Of a DNA stretch of 64,000 bases, positions 39,762-52,053 are shown piece after piece. The DNA lies in assembly GCA_030141605.1 (NCBI GenBank), contig JAQGDQ010000454.1:62001-126000 (forward strand). The letters are read 5' to 3'. Below the pieces are notes generated by a model. The model saw only the letters and a list, made by a program, of their open reading frames with translations. It was not told the origin of the DNA and did not search any database. The translations under genes were made by a program, and so were the position numbers. The first letter of the stretch is position 1. Each line of letters starts with the position of its first letter. The stretch is from Tubiluchus corallicola (Eukaryota > Animalia > Priapulida).

Positions 39762-40064
39762 TTAAAGAAATAGAAAATGGATACCTGAAGTAAGTTTCCA
39801 GCAGATAAGCAAAATACTAAGTAATACAGATTTGGATGGATTTTTTTTTGTTTTTTTGGGACACAATTTAACATTGCCTTTTCTTCCCCTGATATACGTT
39901 GTGCGTATATGATGTCATGTAATGGCACCATCGGAACAGTATTGCCGGAGATTAAAAATGAAAACAAACAAAAAATCCGTTTAACGCGAGTACAATGTGT
40001 GGATAAAATAGCTATAGCGATTTTTCTGAAACCTACTTCTGGTACCTCTTTTCTTGTCTTTTAA
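39762..40064. mobile_element. Family B derivative with two left ends
   Basis: TTAAAGAAATAGAAAATGGATACCTGAAGTAAGTTTC (left end, +) fused to an inverted left portion of about 270 bp ending GGTACCTCTTTTCTTGTCTTTTAA. Confidence 0.7.
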
Positions 40065-40434
40065 GCCGAAGTACACTCGTGGCTTGCATACCACGTGGTT
40101 TGACTGGTTTCATGTTTGCGTAACTGTGGGATGGGTTTCATTAATGAGCGATTTTTAAGTGTCTACTGATATCAGTTCTTGAATCTGAAGCACCACACGC
40201 GGCGAGCGATGAAAAACTTAATGAGAAGAATATGGCTTCTTGATATTTTTGTCATATTGTTTTGGTGCTTGGTGCCTTTGATAAGAAACAGGCTCGAAGT
40301 AAGTTGTGTCTGGCTACATAAAGTTAACGATTGTGCTCATTTTACATTAAGACTGGAGCGTGAAAATTGCAGTTTGAGGTAGGCTGTAACCGTAGCCGTA
40401 GGCCTAAACGTGTAAACTGCTGATAAATGTAGGC

Positions 40435-40664
40435 TTAAACATGCACACTGTTCCGACACCTAGGCCTAAGCATGCAAACTGTTCCTAGACGTAGGCCTTG
40501 CATGCAAACTGTTCCCAGACGTAGGCTTTGCATGCAAACTGTTCCCAGACATAGGCCTTGCATGCAAACTGTTCCCAGACGTAGGCCTTGCATACAAACT
40601 GTTCCCAGACGTAGGCCTTGCATACAAACTGTTCTCAGACGTAGGCCTTGCATACAAACTGTTC
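40435..40664. repeat. 30-bp minisatellite, 7-8 copies with degenerate flanks
   Basis: Unit catgcaaactgttcccagacgtaggccttg. Confidence 0.95.
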
Positions 40665-42753
40665 GTAGTTGTATACCTAAGTATTCAACTGATCGTAGAC
40701 CATGACGTTAGCATGTAAATTGCTCCTAGATGTGGGCCGAAGCATATAACCGTGAATAGACCTGAGTAGTGAGCATTCATCTATCTGGTCTAAAGCCTGT
40801 GTAGATGCATAACGTTTACTCCCTTCACAGCAATGCTACGCTTTTGTACTGAAACACTTTATAAGCCGTCTTTGTATTTGTTCCTCTTGCAACTCTAAAA
40901 TGTCTAGTGGGGGTTAAGCCGCCATAAAGAAACATTCTCGCCCGCCCGTCAAAGATTCTGTACTGTTCTGATTAGCTGCAGGTTTTTTGTGCCCAGAATA
41001 GAAGCAAAAGAACCAGGGATTTGTTAAGAAGATAATCATAATTTGGGAGTTCTTCAGCTTCCGGGCGGAGACAACAGAGATGCTGGTGGAATAACACCTT
41101 CCCGATGTGATGAGTCTGTCAGATGTTTGCTTTTTCTACAATAATAAATCCAAATAAAGTCTCCGTCCTACAAAACAATTTCAGGCAGTAACAGTGTTGA
41201 AGTGTCACGCCGTATATTAGTGACTTAAATTAAGCAATGTTGAGCGTTATCAATGAATGGAACTACCATTTGTGTAGTTTAAACATTCTACGGCTGCTGA
41301 ATATTTGTCTCGTTGAGGGGTGGGGGTCGAGACCTGGACTCCTCTAGTTTCCCATATGGCCCAGACTCTCTGCCAGTCTAGTGTCGCATCTTAGTGACTA
41401 AAGTTAAGCATTGTTGTGCCCAGAAAGTAAATGGAATGGTAACTTCCCTGTTCAGTATTTCGTCTTAGACATTTACTTGAAAATAGCTAGGTTCCAGTCT
41501 CGCCATAACTATCAAGTAGCCCTGCCGTTGAGTGCCAGTACAGCTTGGTAAATTGTTGAACTGCATTAAAAGATTATTTTCCCCTCACGAAACTGCGTGT
41601 TTTGTCAATTTTTCTTATTGAAACTTCCAGCTTCGATTTATTCAGATGTTTGAATCTGTTTCCAGTTTTAAGGTCTTTCTTCTTTAAAGGTTTTTCTTGT
41701 CGTTTTAGTCTGTTATTGTCCTTTTCTTTGCATGATTTTGGTTAACACTGCTACACTATTCGAAGATTTGAAACGTGATTGTATCAACATGTTCTAGTTA
41801 TATTGTAGATGAGTAAAGTTTTGTTTAACTGTAATTAGGAGTCAGGTGAATAAAATGAATATTTTTCATCCTTACGCTTTTTTGTGTTATCAATTCAGCG
41901 TCTGTTTTCAAACCGATTCCACTTTTATCGATAGCTTCTATATCAGCACTGAATCACTCATTTCTAAATATCGTTCACAAACTGTTCCCAAATACTCCCA
42001 CTGCTTTCTCGTTTCGAAAATGCAAACAACTTTTTGTTTGCAAACATTAGAAGTAAACACATCCTGGTGTTTTCCTTTAAACAGGTCGCACAGTCGCCAT
42101 TAGTATGAATCACTGTGTAATTATAGCACAGCTTACCGTAGATTGGCTTAATTTGATTGGTTTTGAACTTGAAAGCTCTCTTCATTACGACTTGTATTGA
42201 GATAACTGAGAAGTTCCATTGCAGTGATTTGTCGCAAGGTTGTGTATTAATCTCACTTTACCCAACCTGCTCTTTGGTAGCTTCTTAATTAAGACGGCAT
42301 AAAACACTAGTGCCAATACGCAGCCTTGTGGAACTGCTCTGTAAGCTACTTGTCTAGAGATTGTGCAATAATCTTACAATAAGATTAGCTGCTGTGCTGA
42401 TGGTTCAAGTGCTTGTTGAAGTGCCTCTCTAATTCACAAGTTTGCCACTGGAAGGGCCCAGAAACTTGTAGTATTTAAGTACAGGGGAAATTCTTGTTTA
42501 GTTTTCTCCTCAGAGTTCTATTCTATATAGAATTAAGGTTAAATGAAGAGCAAACTGTTCACTCTAAACCTGATGAAGCGGGCTTAGTGGCGTCAAAGCA
42601 TTCAGCTATTGTGTAGCTACATAATAGTTTCTGGGTGCAGTGCTTTAGTCAAAATTAGTCTTATACTAGTTAAGAACCATCTTGAAAGGACAACATTCTG
42701 CGTATCATTGTATTATCGTTAAAGAATTTTTGTGCTCTAAAGGTTATGCCGAC

Positions 42754-43301
42754 TTAATGGAGGACAGGATGATTTTTCATATACTACCCTAGTATACATT
42801 TTAACACAATTAATACTGCAAAATACTGCAACTATTGATGACATCAAAAACACAATTTTCAGCAGCTAAAATATTGCACCAGCGCATTGTACGGGTTTGT
42901 GACAACGAAAATTAAAGTGCAGTATTACCTGTAAGATATTCAGTGTGTTGTACTAAAATTAGGAAGTTTTAAGATAAAAATTCAAATTCCAAATTTACCG
43001 CTGTGCTCACGCATGAGCTGTCGAACGTGCGTAGTTCATCACAAACTAGCACGTCAGAACTGAGAGGTACAACACCTGTTTTTTTGTACAATGCGTTTCT
43101 GAAATGCAGGAGCTTGTGCCTATCTAACTAGCAAATGGTGAAATGAATGTAACAGCGAAAAGCTATTGGTGCGAACGCGAAATTGTGTTTGTGTGGCAAT
43201 AATTCTTTCACGTAAGTAATTTTTGAAAAAAATAGTATGCTGCTTTCAATATTTTAAAGAGTAGATTGTTTTGACCGAGAGTTTAAGATTGGGTTCGGTT
43301 T
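42754..43301 (-). mobile_element. Family A MITE
   Basis: Aligns with 4329-4934; ends about 190 bp upstream of ATG 43488. Confidence 0.88.
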
Positions 43302-43487
43302 GTCATGACATGACTCTAAAGGTTATGTCATTTTTAGTCGCTGTTTGATGCAAAGCCGGTTCTCTGCAGATGAAAAATGTGTCATATTAGCCTCAATGAT
43401 GTGGCGAAGGTGCAAGAAGTTGTGTAGAAATTCACGCTTGATTCTGTCGAAGAAAATGTGCGGGATTCTAAAACAGTGGGGAAAGAA

Positions 43488-44031
43488 ATGCTGAGAGTTC
43501 AAGAAGAGAACGTGAAAAATAAGGAGCCTCACGGAGAGGGTGGTAAGAACATGGAGTACCGTGGGGAATCTCGAAGCGGAAGTTCGACACCGGTGATAAA
43601 CATGACACCACGCGTTACTCTGCGACATCCTCCATCTAGTAACAACAATCGCGAGGCAATGGTGACCCGATCCAGAAACAAGAACGATTCTCGCGAGTCC
43701 AGTGGTTATGGAGGCGAGAGGTGCCAAACACCAGAACTTGACTTCAGCCGAATGGTTCCCCGCCAGATGGCGTCCTCGGTGCAAAGCCATCAGCCAGAAC
43801 TTAGACACCATGGTGTGGGCAGGCAGGGGTCCTTCACTTCCTTGCCGCCCCAGAGTCGCGGCTCGACCCCTGGTGTCGAATATAATAAGCCGCCATCTTT
43901 GGTGAGTCTTCCTATAGGGCCAAAACCAAAAAAGAAAAAGGGCTGGTTTAGTTCTTTGCCCCGGTTCCTGAAAGGGAAATCTGGGTCGAAATCTGGATCG
44001 AAGAAATGTCTGGCAAGAATGTCGGCTATTG
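43488..44031 (+). CDS. GRIP: Probable alternative first coding exon of GRIP (long disordered N-terminus, 181 codons + 1 nt)
   Basis: GC-richer, non-repetitive ORF. First in-frame ATG at 43488 (in-frame TAG upstream at 43425); ends at a strong donor G|gtgagt in phase 1, compatible with exon 50637. S/R/P-rich, ending PKPKKKKGWFSSLPRFLKGKSGSKSGSKKCLARMSAI. Confidence 0.75.
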
Positions 44032-44073
44032 GTGAGTATATGAGTATGACGTCATTTGTGCAGTTTGAGCAAG

Positions 44074-44470
44074 TTTATTTTATTATTTTATTTCGTAATA
44101 TTCAAAGTGCAATACACGAGTGACAAGGCAGTTAAAAAGTGAAATAAAATAATAAAAGACTACTAGAAAAACAGTGTAAATTAAAACAAATTGATAAGAA
44201 TAATATAAGTAGAAGATTATGGTAAAAAACACAAAGAACTAAAATGGCTGCTTACAAGTGTCTGTTAAAAAGTGAAAATTTGCTTAAATTAACATGACGT
44301 AACCGTTTTTTAAATAATTTTTGTTGCTAGCATTTACAGTTGGAGCATCATTCACATGTGGTGGTCGTCTATTCCATAAACTTACAAGTCTGTTGCTGAA
44401 GAAATGTTTAAAGCAATTTAAGTGAGCTTTTTTCACTTGTAATTTCAAATGGTGGCCCATTGTAATATTT
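44074..44470 (-). mobile_element. CR1-type LINE 3' remnant
   Basis: Minus strand reads ITMGHHLKLQVKKAHLNCFKHFFSNRLVSLWNRRPPHVNDAPTVNA, matching the CR1 ORF2 C-terminal TRGH-L-K...FFS-R-V-WN-LP motif, then a UTR and AATAAA-rich tail. Confidence 0.8.
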
Positions 44471-47400
44471 GCAAGTGGCGCAAAGTTAAAAAAAGATTCA
44501 CTTACGAATTATGCTGTATCGCATAGTTAGATCATTATAAATGAGTCTTAATTCTAGGGGTTCCAATTTGACTATTGGTATTCTATTTGGGCTAGGTTTA
44601 GTAAGCAGGACTCTTTGTTTATTAAGACTGCAATTAATTATTGATAAATTTAACAATAATGTTGCTGGTTAATGATTAAAGAATTATATAGTTTTAGTTA
44701 TTATTATTATAGTTTTTGACCGAAAGGAAAAAAATGCAAAAAGGACAGAGCTGGTATTGAACCACTGGCTGCCAACATTGACTTAAAATCTGTCATTGTC
44801 GTCAACAGGATCTATAGTCATGGTGCAGGACGTAGTACAAAAGTCACCGAATTTGTTACTTGAATATTCACTTTGGAAATTTGAATGGTCGTAGGAAGGA
44901 CTGTTTTCTGTGTTATGGTTTTGGTTACTTACATAAGATGTGTGATAAATTATGAATGTGCTTAGATGCTCTGTGACCTTGACTTGTGACCTTATTTATT
45001 GACCTCGTGACATTGGAAGTTCGAGTGTTTATGTTCAAGACAACTTTTCTGTTAAATTTGTGTGCATTTTGAAATTTTGTTTAGAAATTTAATTTGGTGC
45101 ATGTGGCCAACAAACAAATACCGCTTCTCTCCCCGATTCGATCTGAGTAAAACTGAGTAAAATAATGGAACGCCCTAAAAATTAAATCAACAAAACTAAT
45201 AAGAGTTAAATAAACAAAAGTAAACATGACCTATAAACATAAACAGGCGAATGCCTGGATCTATTTTAGCTACATTTTTCCTCACAAATAAAATGACTGA
45301 CGGAGCACATGCTTCTTGTATCCTGGGGAAACATTCCCGCGCCGATAGTATGTCCTGGTTGTAAAATTTTGGAGCGCTAATGTGTTTTGCTGGTGCTTTA
45401 GCCCTCTAGCGGCAGCTGTTGTTAATAGGAAGCCGCGTTGAACTTTGTAGTCGAGATTACGCAATTTGCATGATTACTTTACGCCCGTTAAATGGCGACA
45501 CGTGTTTACGTTGGATCGTAAAAAGGCGTCCTATTTTTAACTTGAGTTTAACTCATTAATTCGTATTGTAAAGTTCTGCGAGTATAGTAGCACATCGTTT
45601 TTGTTATAAGTTGCCTTATGAAGCTTTGAGTTTTTTATAATATTGACGACAAGATAAATTTCAGAAATATACAAATTGAAACGTCTTTGCTTTAGCCTTG
45701 ATGAACCAATAGTAGGGGTGAGCATCGAACGTTCGAATTCGACTCGAACCTAAATTTATAGATTCAAATAATTCAGCACTTCAGCCACATACCAGTTTCA
45801 GTTTTTCTGTGCATGAGTTTGCTTTTTGTTTTCACTGGTGTGGTGTCAGCGGTGGGATAAGTACAATTAGCCTAATTAACATTCTTTGGCAGTTTATCTA
45901 AATAGTAAGACTGAGCACTCTATACGCTCCAATGGCGATGCACCGGGCGCCTAAGCAATGCTGCGTAACAAAAGTTAAAACTCCTAGCACGCTGAAGCCA
46001 TTGTAAGCAAGACAGGAAATCTTATTAAACAAACTCTTTACAAACTGGCAGATAAAGTATTTACTGTGTACCTATAAAACATTCGAACTTTGTATTGAGG
46101 TCTATGGCAATTGGTGGGTTGTGAAAGGGTGAGGTGTGACCATTATGATTAGGGTGTAATACATCTGTAACCAATCGCAAGGCTAGTTTTTGTAATGACA
46201 CCGCTAGAGGTAACATCCCGGTATCCGGTAGGTCTGTATCATGTCCGTTAAATAGATACTAAATAGATACTAATACGCCTCAGAACAACTTTCTTTCTTT
46301 CGGACGTTTGTACGTTTAAGATTTGCCAAGTATCTAGCAGCAGTTTAAGTGCTCGAAAATTGTCCATGAAGTAAGTTTATCGCTTTAAGAGCCATTAATC
46401 TGCTTATTCTAGATAGGAATTGCTGCCTATTAAGCTTTACGGTAATGCTCTTAACTTGCAGTCGTTAAATTTTTATTAGTAAAGGTGAAATCATATACAG
46501 TGTAAAGTTTCTTTTTTATTGAATTTGGTTATAAAAGACTTTAGTGCAAGATTTGCAAGAGATGTGACTTTAGAATTTCGTTAAAGTATACATGAGGCAT
46601 CAATTATAATTGGGTAAACATATTTTAAGACGAATGCTCTTTTTCTTTGCTTTAAAGTTATATCCTATTCTTCACCAGGTTTTGTAGTTTGTAACCACAC
46701 TGAGTCATCGTGATGTACGTAGTTGTAATCATCATCGTCATCTCCACCATCATCACAGATATCATTGTAGATGTTGTGGTTGTCTCCATCATTGCTGCTT
46801 TACCTTGTCTTCATTGCCGTCATCATTATCGTCACCATCATCATCGTCGTCATCGTCATCATCATCGACACCGTCGTCATCGTCGTTGTTGTAGTTGTCA
46901 TTCATCATCATCATTGTTATCGTCATTATCATCATCACCATCATCATCGTCGCCGTCGTCATCATCATCGTCATCATCATTATCGTCGTCGTCGTTATTA
47001 TCATCATCATAATCATCGTCATTACCATCATCATAACCATCATCGTCGTCGTCGTCGTCGTTCTTTTATATGTTTCTCTTTGCAGTCCTCATAAATTGCT
47101 GCATTTGTGTATTTCCTAAGTCAGCATGGTTTCTTGTTTGATACTTATTAGTGGATTTTACTCAGCATGGATGTGGCTACTTTCTAGCTACAGCATCACC
47201 ACATGCCTAAACTGACATGTCCTGGTTCATGTATAGATCAAGTTTACTGAAACAGCACCCGCCCATGATTTTATAGCTTTTTAGTCTTTATAGCCCTATA
47301 GTGTCATCTGCTAGTCAAGTGTAGTAATGACTAATTCAAAATACATTCGCTAGGTTTTAACCCTTTCATTTACGTTTTGATACCGTGTCGACACATGTGT

Positions 47401-48878
47401 AGAAAAACTTGTGTAATTTCGTGGACTGTCAAGTTTTTGCTCTACTTTTATGTCGCTCGACATCATAACTGTGACGCTCGTTTTGTGAGGATGTTTTACG
47501 AAAACATTTTGCACATGTTGTAATTAAATCATGAAATCGAGATGAGTCTACTCTTAAGTTGTGCATCAATATCATACAGCAACTAGTTCGTAATGGCACG
47601 ATACATAATTGAGCAAACCGAGAATTATACTTGAGAATAATTAAATCTAATGGAAAACTGATGATAATAATTCTAGTAGTTTATTTAGATTTATAATTCT
47701 TACAAATTAATCCTAGCATCGTACAATTTACATCATTAATTTGGTTTTAAATTTTAAATAAAATTTATAATATTTATTTTGCAGACATTCGTATCAGGTG
47801 CTGTAATGTACATTATACTTTAAAGAACATTGATTGAAAAACACAGATAACGTTTATACACATTATTATATATGCTATTAACTGTGATAACTATCATTCA
47901 TATATTATGCATGAAGTGTATTAATTTGTGTATGAAAATGTATTGTACTTCTGAAAATGGAGGATAAATGAGATTTATTATATTATTATATAAAATTATG
48001 AAATCAAATCTTCTTATTACTGCAGAAAACCTGATAACATGGCTCTCCTTCATCTTGTATGTCTTGGCGCACACGCTGTAGTAACATATCCTCTGCGTAG
48101 ATGGCAGCACAAGCTTGTGTCAGGCAGAGGCGCCCGAATAAGAGTCATAAGGAGTTGACGAGTCCTTCACTCCACGGGCAATGTATTTCGGTGCTTGTTG
48201 GAAACCTGTAAAGTCTTGAATATTGAATATCGTACAATGTATCAGTAATAATATTATTCTGCTTAATAACTTGGTATATTTTACAAAATAATAATTTGAA
48301 AGGCTGGAGAGAATGATTACTGCTTGTAAAAGAATATTTGTAATCATCATCATCATCAGCAGCAGCAACAGCAACAACAGGCGCATCAGCAGCATCACCA
48401 TCGTCATCACCATCATCTTCATCATCATAGCTGATCATTATCATAACGATCATTACGTCTATTGTAGACATTGACAGACAGAATCCTAAAATAAAAGAAA
48501 TCTATCCTGAACACAGACATAATCCAGCGAAACACTTTACACGGCTATATTAGTAGCTTGTCAGCACCACTTCCGATAAGCAAAATACGAGTATTATTAT
48601 CAGCTGAACGCGAAAAACAGCGTCACCTAGCGACTATTTGGAAAATCATAAAGCTCACCGCCAGTGTTCTGGAAAATGTCATGAAGAAAAATTGTACACT
48701 TTGCCACTTTTTCTCAAAAGCCGTTTTCCAATTAAATCTAAATTTTTCATTCGTTCTGGAATCTGCGCCCTGTCAAAAATCGCAGGGGCAAAATTTACAA
48801 CATCGCCCTGTTTAACTTTTGTTTTCACGGGGCACCTTGGTGTTATCGTGAATTCATGGTGTTTCTAAAGTGGATAAC

Positions 48879-49362
48879 GTTAAGTTCTGGAAATATGTGA
48901 TCTATGACTTCATAGTAAAATTTAATTTATATACATATGTAAATGATAACAAGGAATTGTCATGACTCGTGGTGTTATTAAGGAGGCTTTTGTTAAATTA
49001 AGTCCCTGAAAATTTGTGATTTATGGCACCAGTTAAGTTCTAAAAGTGCCTGTCTATGGCTTCAGTTCTTTGTTTCGGTTAAGTTCCTGAAAATTTGTGA
49101 ACTATGATGCCAGTTAAGTTCTGGAAGTGCCTGACCAATGACTTCAGTTAAATTCTGAAAGTGTCTGATCTATGACTTCAGTTAAGTTCTGAAAGTGCCT
49201 GATCTATGACTTCAGTTAAGTTATGGAAGTGCCTGATCCATGGCTACAGTTAAGTTCTGAAAATCTGTGTTTCTTTGCTTCCGTTAACTTCCTGAAAATC
49301 TGTGATCTATGGCACTAATTAAGTTCTGGAAGTGCCTGATCTATGACTTCATGATAAGATCT
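48879..49362. repeat. Degenerate 34-bp minisatellite
   Basis: Unit gttaagttctgaaagtgcctgatctatgacttca, about 12 diverged copies. Confidence 0.9.
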
Positions 49363-49411
49363 GAATTTATGAAAACGTGAAACGGGATATTTCTCTCCGT
49401 TGACCTTACAG

Positions 49412-49467
49412 TGTAGCAAAATGCGTTTTTATAATTATGCGCTTAACGGATAACAAGAGTGCAAATG
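49412..49467 (+). CDS. Weak candidate small exon of GRIP
   Basis: Acceptor ttctctccgttgaccttacag|, donor G|gtgagt. ATG 49437 gives MRLTDNKSAN + G (phase 1), compatible with exon 50637. Confidence 0.3.
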
Positions 49468-50017
49468 GTGAGTAATGGCAGTTTTGTCAGCTTTCCCGCT
49501 TTTTTATGGAATTCTCAAACTTATTGAGACGCTGTAACTATGTCCACGTGAGCGAATTTGTGTTTTTATAGCGTGCTGAGCCAATCAGCAGATTTGCATT
49601 CTTCAGCTAGACGTGTTTCCCTTGTTCTAGTTGTTTGTCACTCGCATCAGCAAAAAATTTCAGGAAGAGTTCGGTGATTTACTACAATATTTCATAGTTG
49701 CCTTAGTTTTTTTTACAATATTTTGAGTAACTACCATAGTAAATAATGATCTATATTGAGGATGCTAAAGTCTTTTCAAATAACGAATTGGATGCTTTTT
49801 AATGAATTTTAATAGACGTACAGCAATATTTCCTACAGTGTGCCTGTGTACTGATGTTTTTCAGTACTGGTCGACAATAGCCGAACTCGTCCGGGTAATG
49901 TCGGCCAGTTAATTAGCAGTGGATCTTAGTAAATTTTTGAAGAAATCTAGATGTGGCCGACATTACCTAATATGCTATATGCATTTGCGTCCAACTAAAC
50001 TGAATCATATTATTGAT

Positions 50018-50232
50018 GTGTAAAGACGTGTAAAGCTGACAGTAATGAGACAATGTAAAAGTGGCAATAATGAGACAATGTAAAGGTGACAGTAATGAGC
50101 AATGTAAAGTTGACAGTAATGAGACAATGTAAAAGTGGCAGTAATGAGACAACGTAAAAGTGGCAATAATGAGACAATGTACAAGTGGCAATAACGAGAC
50201 AATGTAAAAGTGGCAATAATGAGACAATGTAC
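50018..50232. repeat. 25-bp minisatellite (array 1)
   Basis: Unit gtaaa(gctgac/agtggc)agtaatgagacaat. Confidence 0.92.
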
Positions 50233-50636
50233 AAAGAATTAATGAATCATACAGAGATATTCTTATTGAGAAGACTGAATACAATTAATAAAAAGATCCC
50301 ACAACTCAGAAGCCTTTAATTTCTTTAAAATTTCGTAAACTAATCTTTACCGTAAAACCAAATCCATACGTGATGTGGTTTACCGATAGTAATGTAGTCG
50401 TGCAGCATTGCCGCCATAAATTACCCAATGATTCATTAATTTGTAATATAGAATTTCTTACAACATTGTGGGTGTGGAATTCGCCTTGCTTATTTAAACG
50501 AAATTATTATTAATAACTTATTGTTGAAATTTAATAATTTTTGAAAGACCTCAGACACATAAAGTTTATGTGTGCTTCGTAATTTCAAATGAGATGTGCT
50601 TACTTCAAAGAGTGACCTGCTATGTTTTTCTTGTAG

Positions 50637-50753
50637 ATGAAGATGGCGCTTATGTAAGATACAAATTACCACCTGGCGAGGAGCAAACGACTTTTGCTGA
50701 AGTGGGCAACGGTCATTTGCAGAACGGCCATGCGGACAGGGAAAGTGTTGCTG
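50637..50753 (+). CDS. GRIP: GRIP-family internal exon upstream of PDZ1 (equivalent of vertebrate exon 2)
   Basis: Acceptor tgtttttcttgtag|, donor G|gtatgt; 117 bp, symmetric phase 1-1. Encodes (D)EDGAYVRYKLPPGEEQTTFAEVGNGHLQNGHADRESVA and joins in frame to the PDZ1 exon. Its ends resemble recalled GRIP1 DESPY...RRQSIP / GRIP2 DDGPY...RRQSIP. Confidence 0.85.
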
Positions 50754-50829
50754 GTATGTATAATTTGCAATATAATTATTTTCGAAACAACCTCAATTGC
50801 TGAGTAATGACTGGAGGATATTATGCTTA

Positions 50830-50880
50830 ATAACTGAAGTTAAGCAACGCCGAGCCTGTTGAGTAAATGAGTTGGCTTTC
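50830..50880 (+). mobile_element. 5S rRNA-derived fragment (SINE3-like head or 5S pseudogene)
   Basis: actgaagttaagcaacgccgagcctgttgagtaaatgagttgg resembles the 5S internal control region; similar pieces at 19070-19103, 41215-41268 and 41390-41447. Confidence 0.55.
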
Positions 50881-51261
50881 TTCTGTATGCAGTTTCAATC
50901 TACCAAAATATTCCTGTGTATTTGCCTCCTCGAGGGAGAATGTATGTATACGTGACTCAGATGTCTGTGTTCGCTATTTTAGAGGATTGTCCTTGATAAC
51001 AAAGTGCTGGTCCTGGCTCAATCTTTTCTAGGTTTTTCAGTAACTCCTGCAATTGAGCGCTGAATTCTGAGTTGCAGAGTGCCAAAATTCAAAAAAGAAA
51101 AAACTACCTGCAGAGAATTTTAGGGAATGCAAGTTAAATTTATTATTATGCAAGCATAAGTATTAGTACTTAGTACTACTTAAAATATTGCTATTTTATA
51201 TTACTATACTGGTCGACATACTAGACCTAAAACACCTGTTGATATAAGAAAATGTATTTTA

Positions 51262-51535
51262 TGTAAGAATGGCAGTAATGAAACTATGTAAAGCTGACAG
51301 TAATGAGACAATGTAAAGCTGACAGTAATGAGACAATGTAAAGCTGACAGTAATGAGACAATGTAAAGCTGACAGTAATGAGACAATGTAAAGCTGACAG
51401 TAATGAGACAATGTAAAGCTGGCAGTCATGAGGCAATGTAAAAATTGCAGTAATGAAACATTGTAAAAGCGGCAGTAATGAGACAATGTATAGCTGGTTG
51501 AAACAGTGTAAAGATGGTAGTGATTTTATAGTGTA
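51262..51535. repeat. 25-bp minisatellite (array 2, same family)
   Basis: Unit gtaaagctgacagtaatgagacaat. Confidence 0.92.
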
Positions 51536-52053
51536 AAACTTGTGGAGTTCAAATAATATAAGGCTGGAAGTAAATGAAAAGAAAGTGTAAAATGAGTCAT
51601 ACTGTCGAGGTAATAAAAAGGAAGGAATTTTTGGTGAAAAACGTAGAAGTTGAAACACATAGCAATTTTAAGAAAACTTGCAGTAATATGGGCGTTACAA
51701 TTCCTCACTGTAGCCATCCTTTCATTGTCTTATACTGTCACCTCTACACATTTTGACAAGTATTCCCATCACATCGTCTCAACATTGTTAGTTTTGCATT
51801 GTCTCCTCGCTAATAGGGGAATAAGTTTGGTTACGGGTTTCATAAGTTTTCTCAGTCCCCATAATTTTGGCTTCCTGCCATCTGCACAGAAGCCATGTTG
51901 GACAGCTGTTGTTTACAAATGATTGCAATCCGTCGGTGAGGGTTGATACAAAACCACAACAGCGGGTGAGGGAACGTGAGCCGGATCCGTGTCTGTTACT
52001 GTAGTTAATAAAGCGTGCCAGCACGAAAAGCAGCGGGTTAGAAAGCCAAGTGA

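Noticed and set aside
42569-42608. CTGATGA...CAAAGCATTC hammerhead-like string
   Set aside because: The GAAA box is missing and the stems are unconvincing.
43323-43811. 162-aa minus-strand ORF
   Set aside because: Antisense shadow of the GC-rich plus-strand exon.
51895-51935. MLDSCCLQMIAIR with donor CG|gtgagg, a tempting palmitoylated first exon
   Set aside because: Donor is phase 2, incompatible with the phase-1 PDZ1 acceptor.
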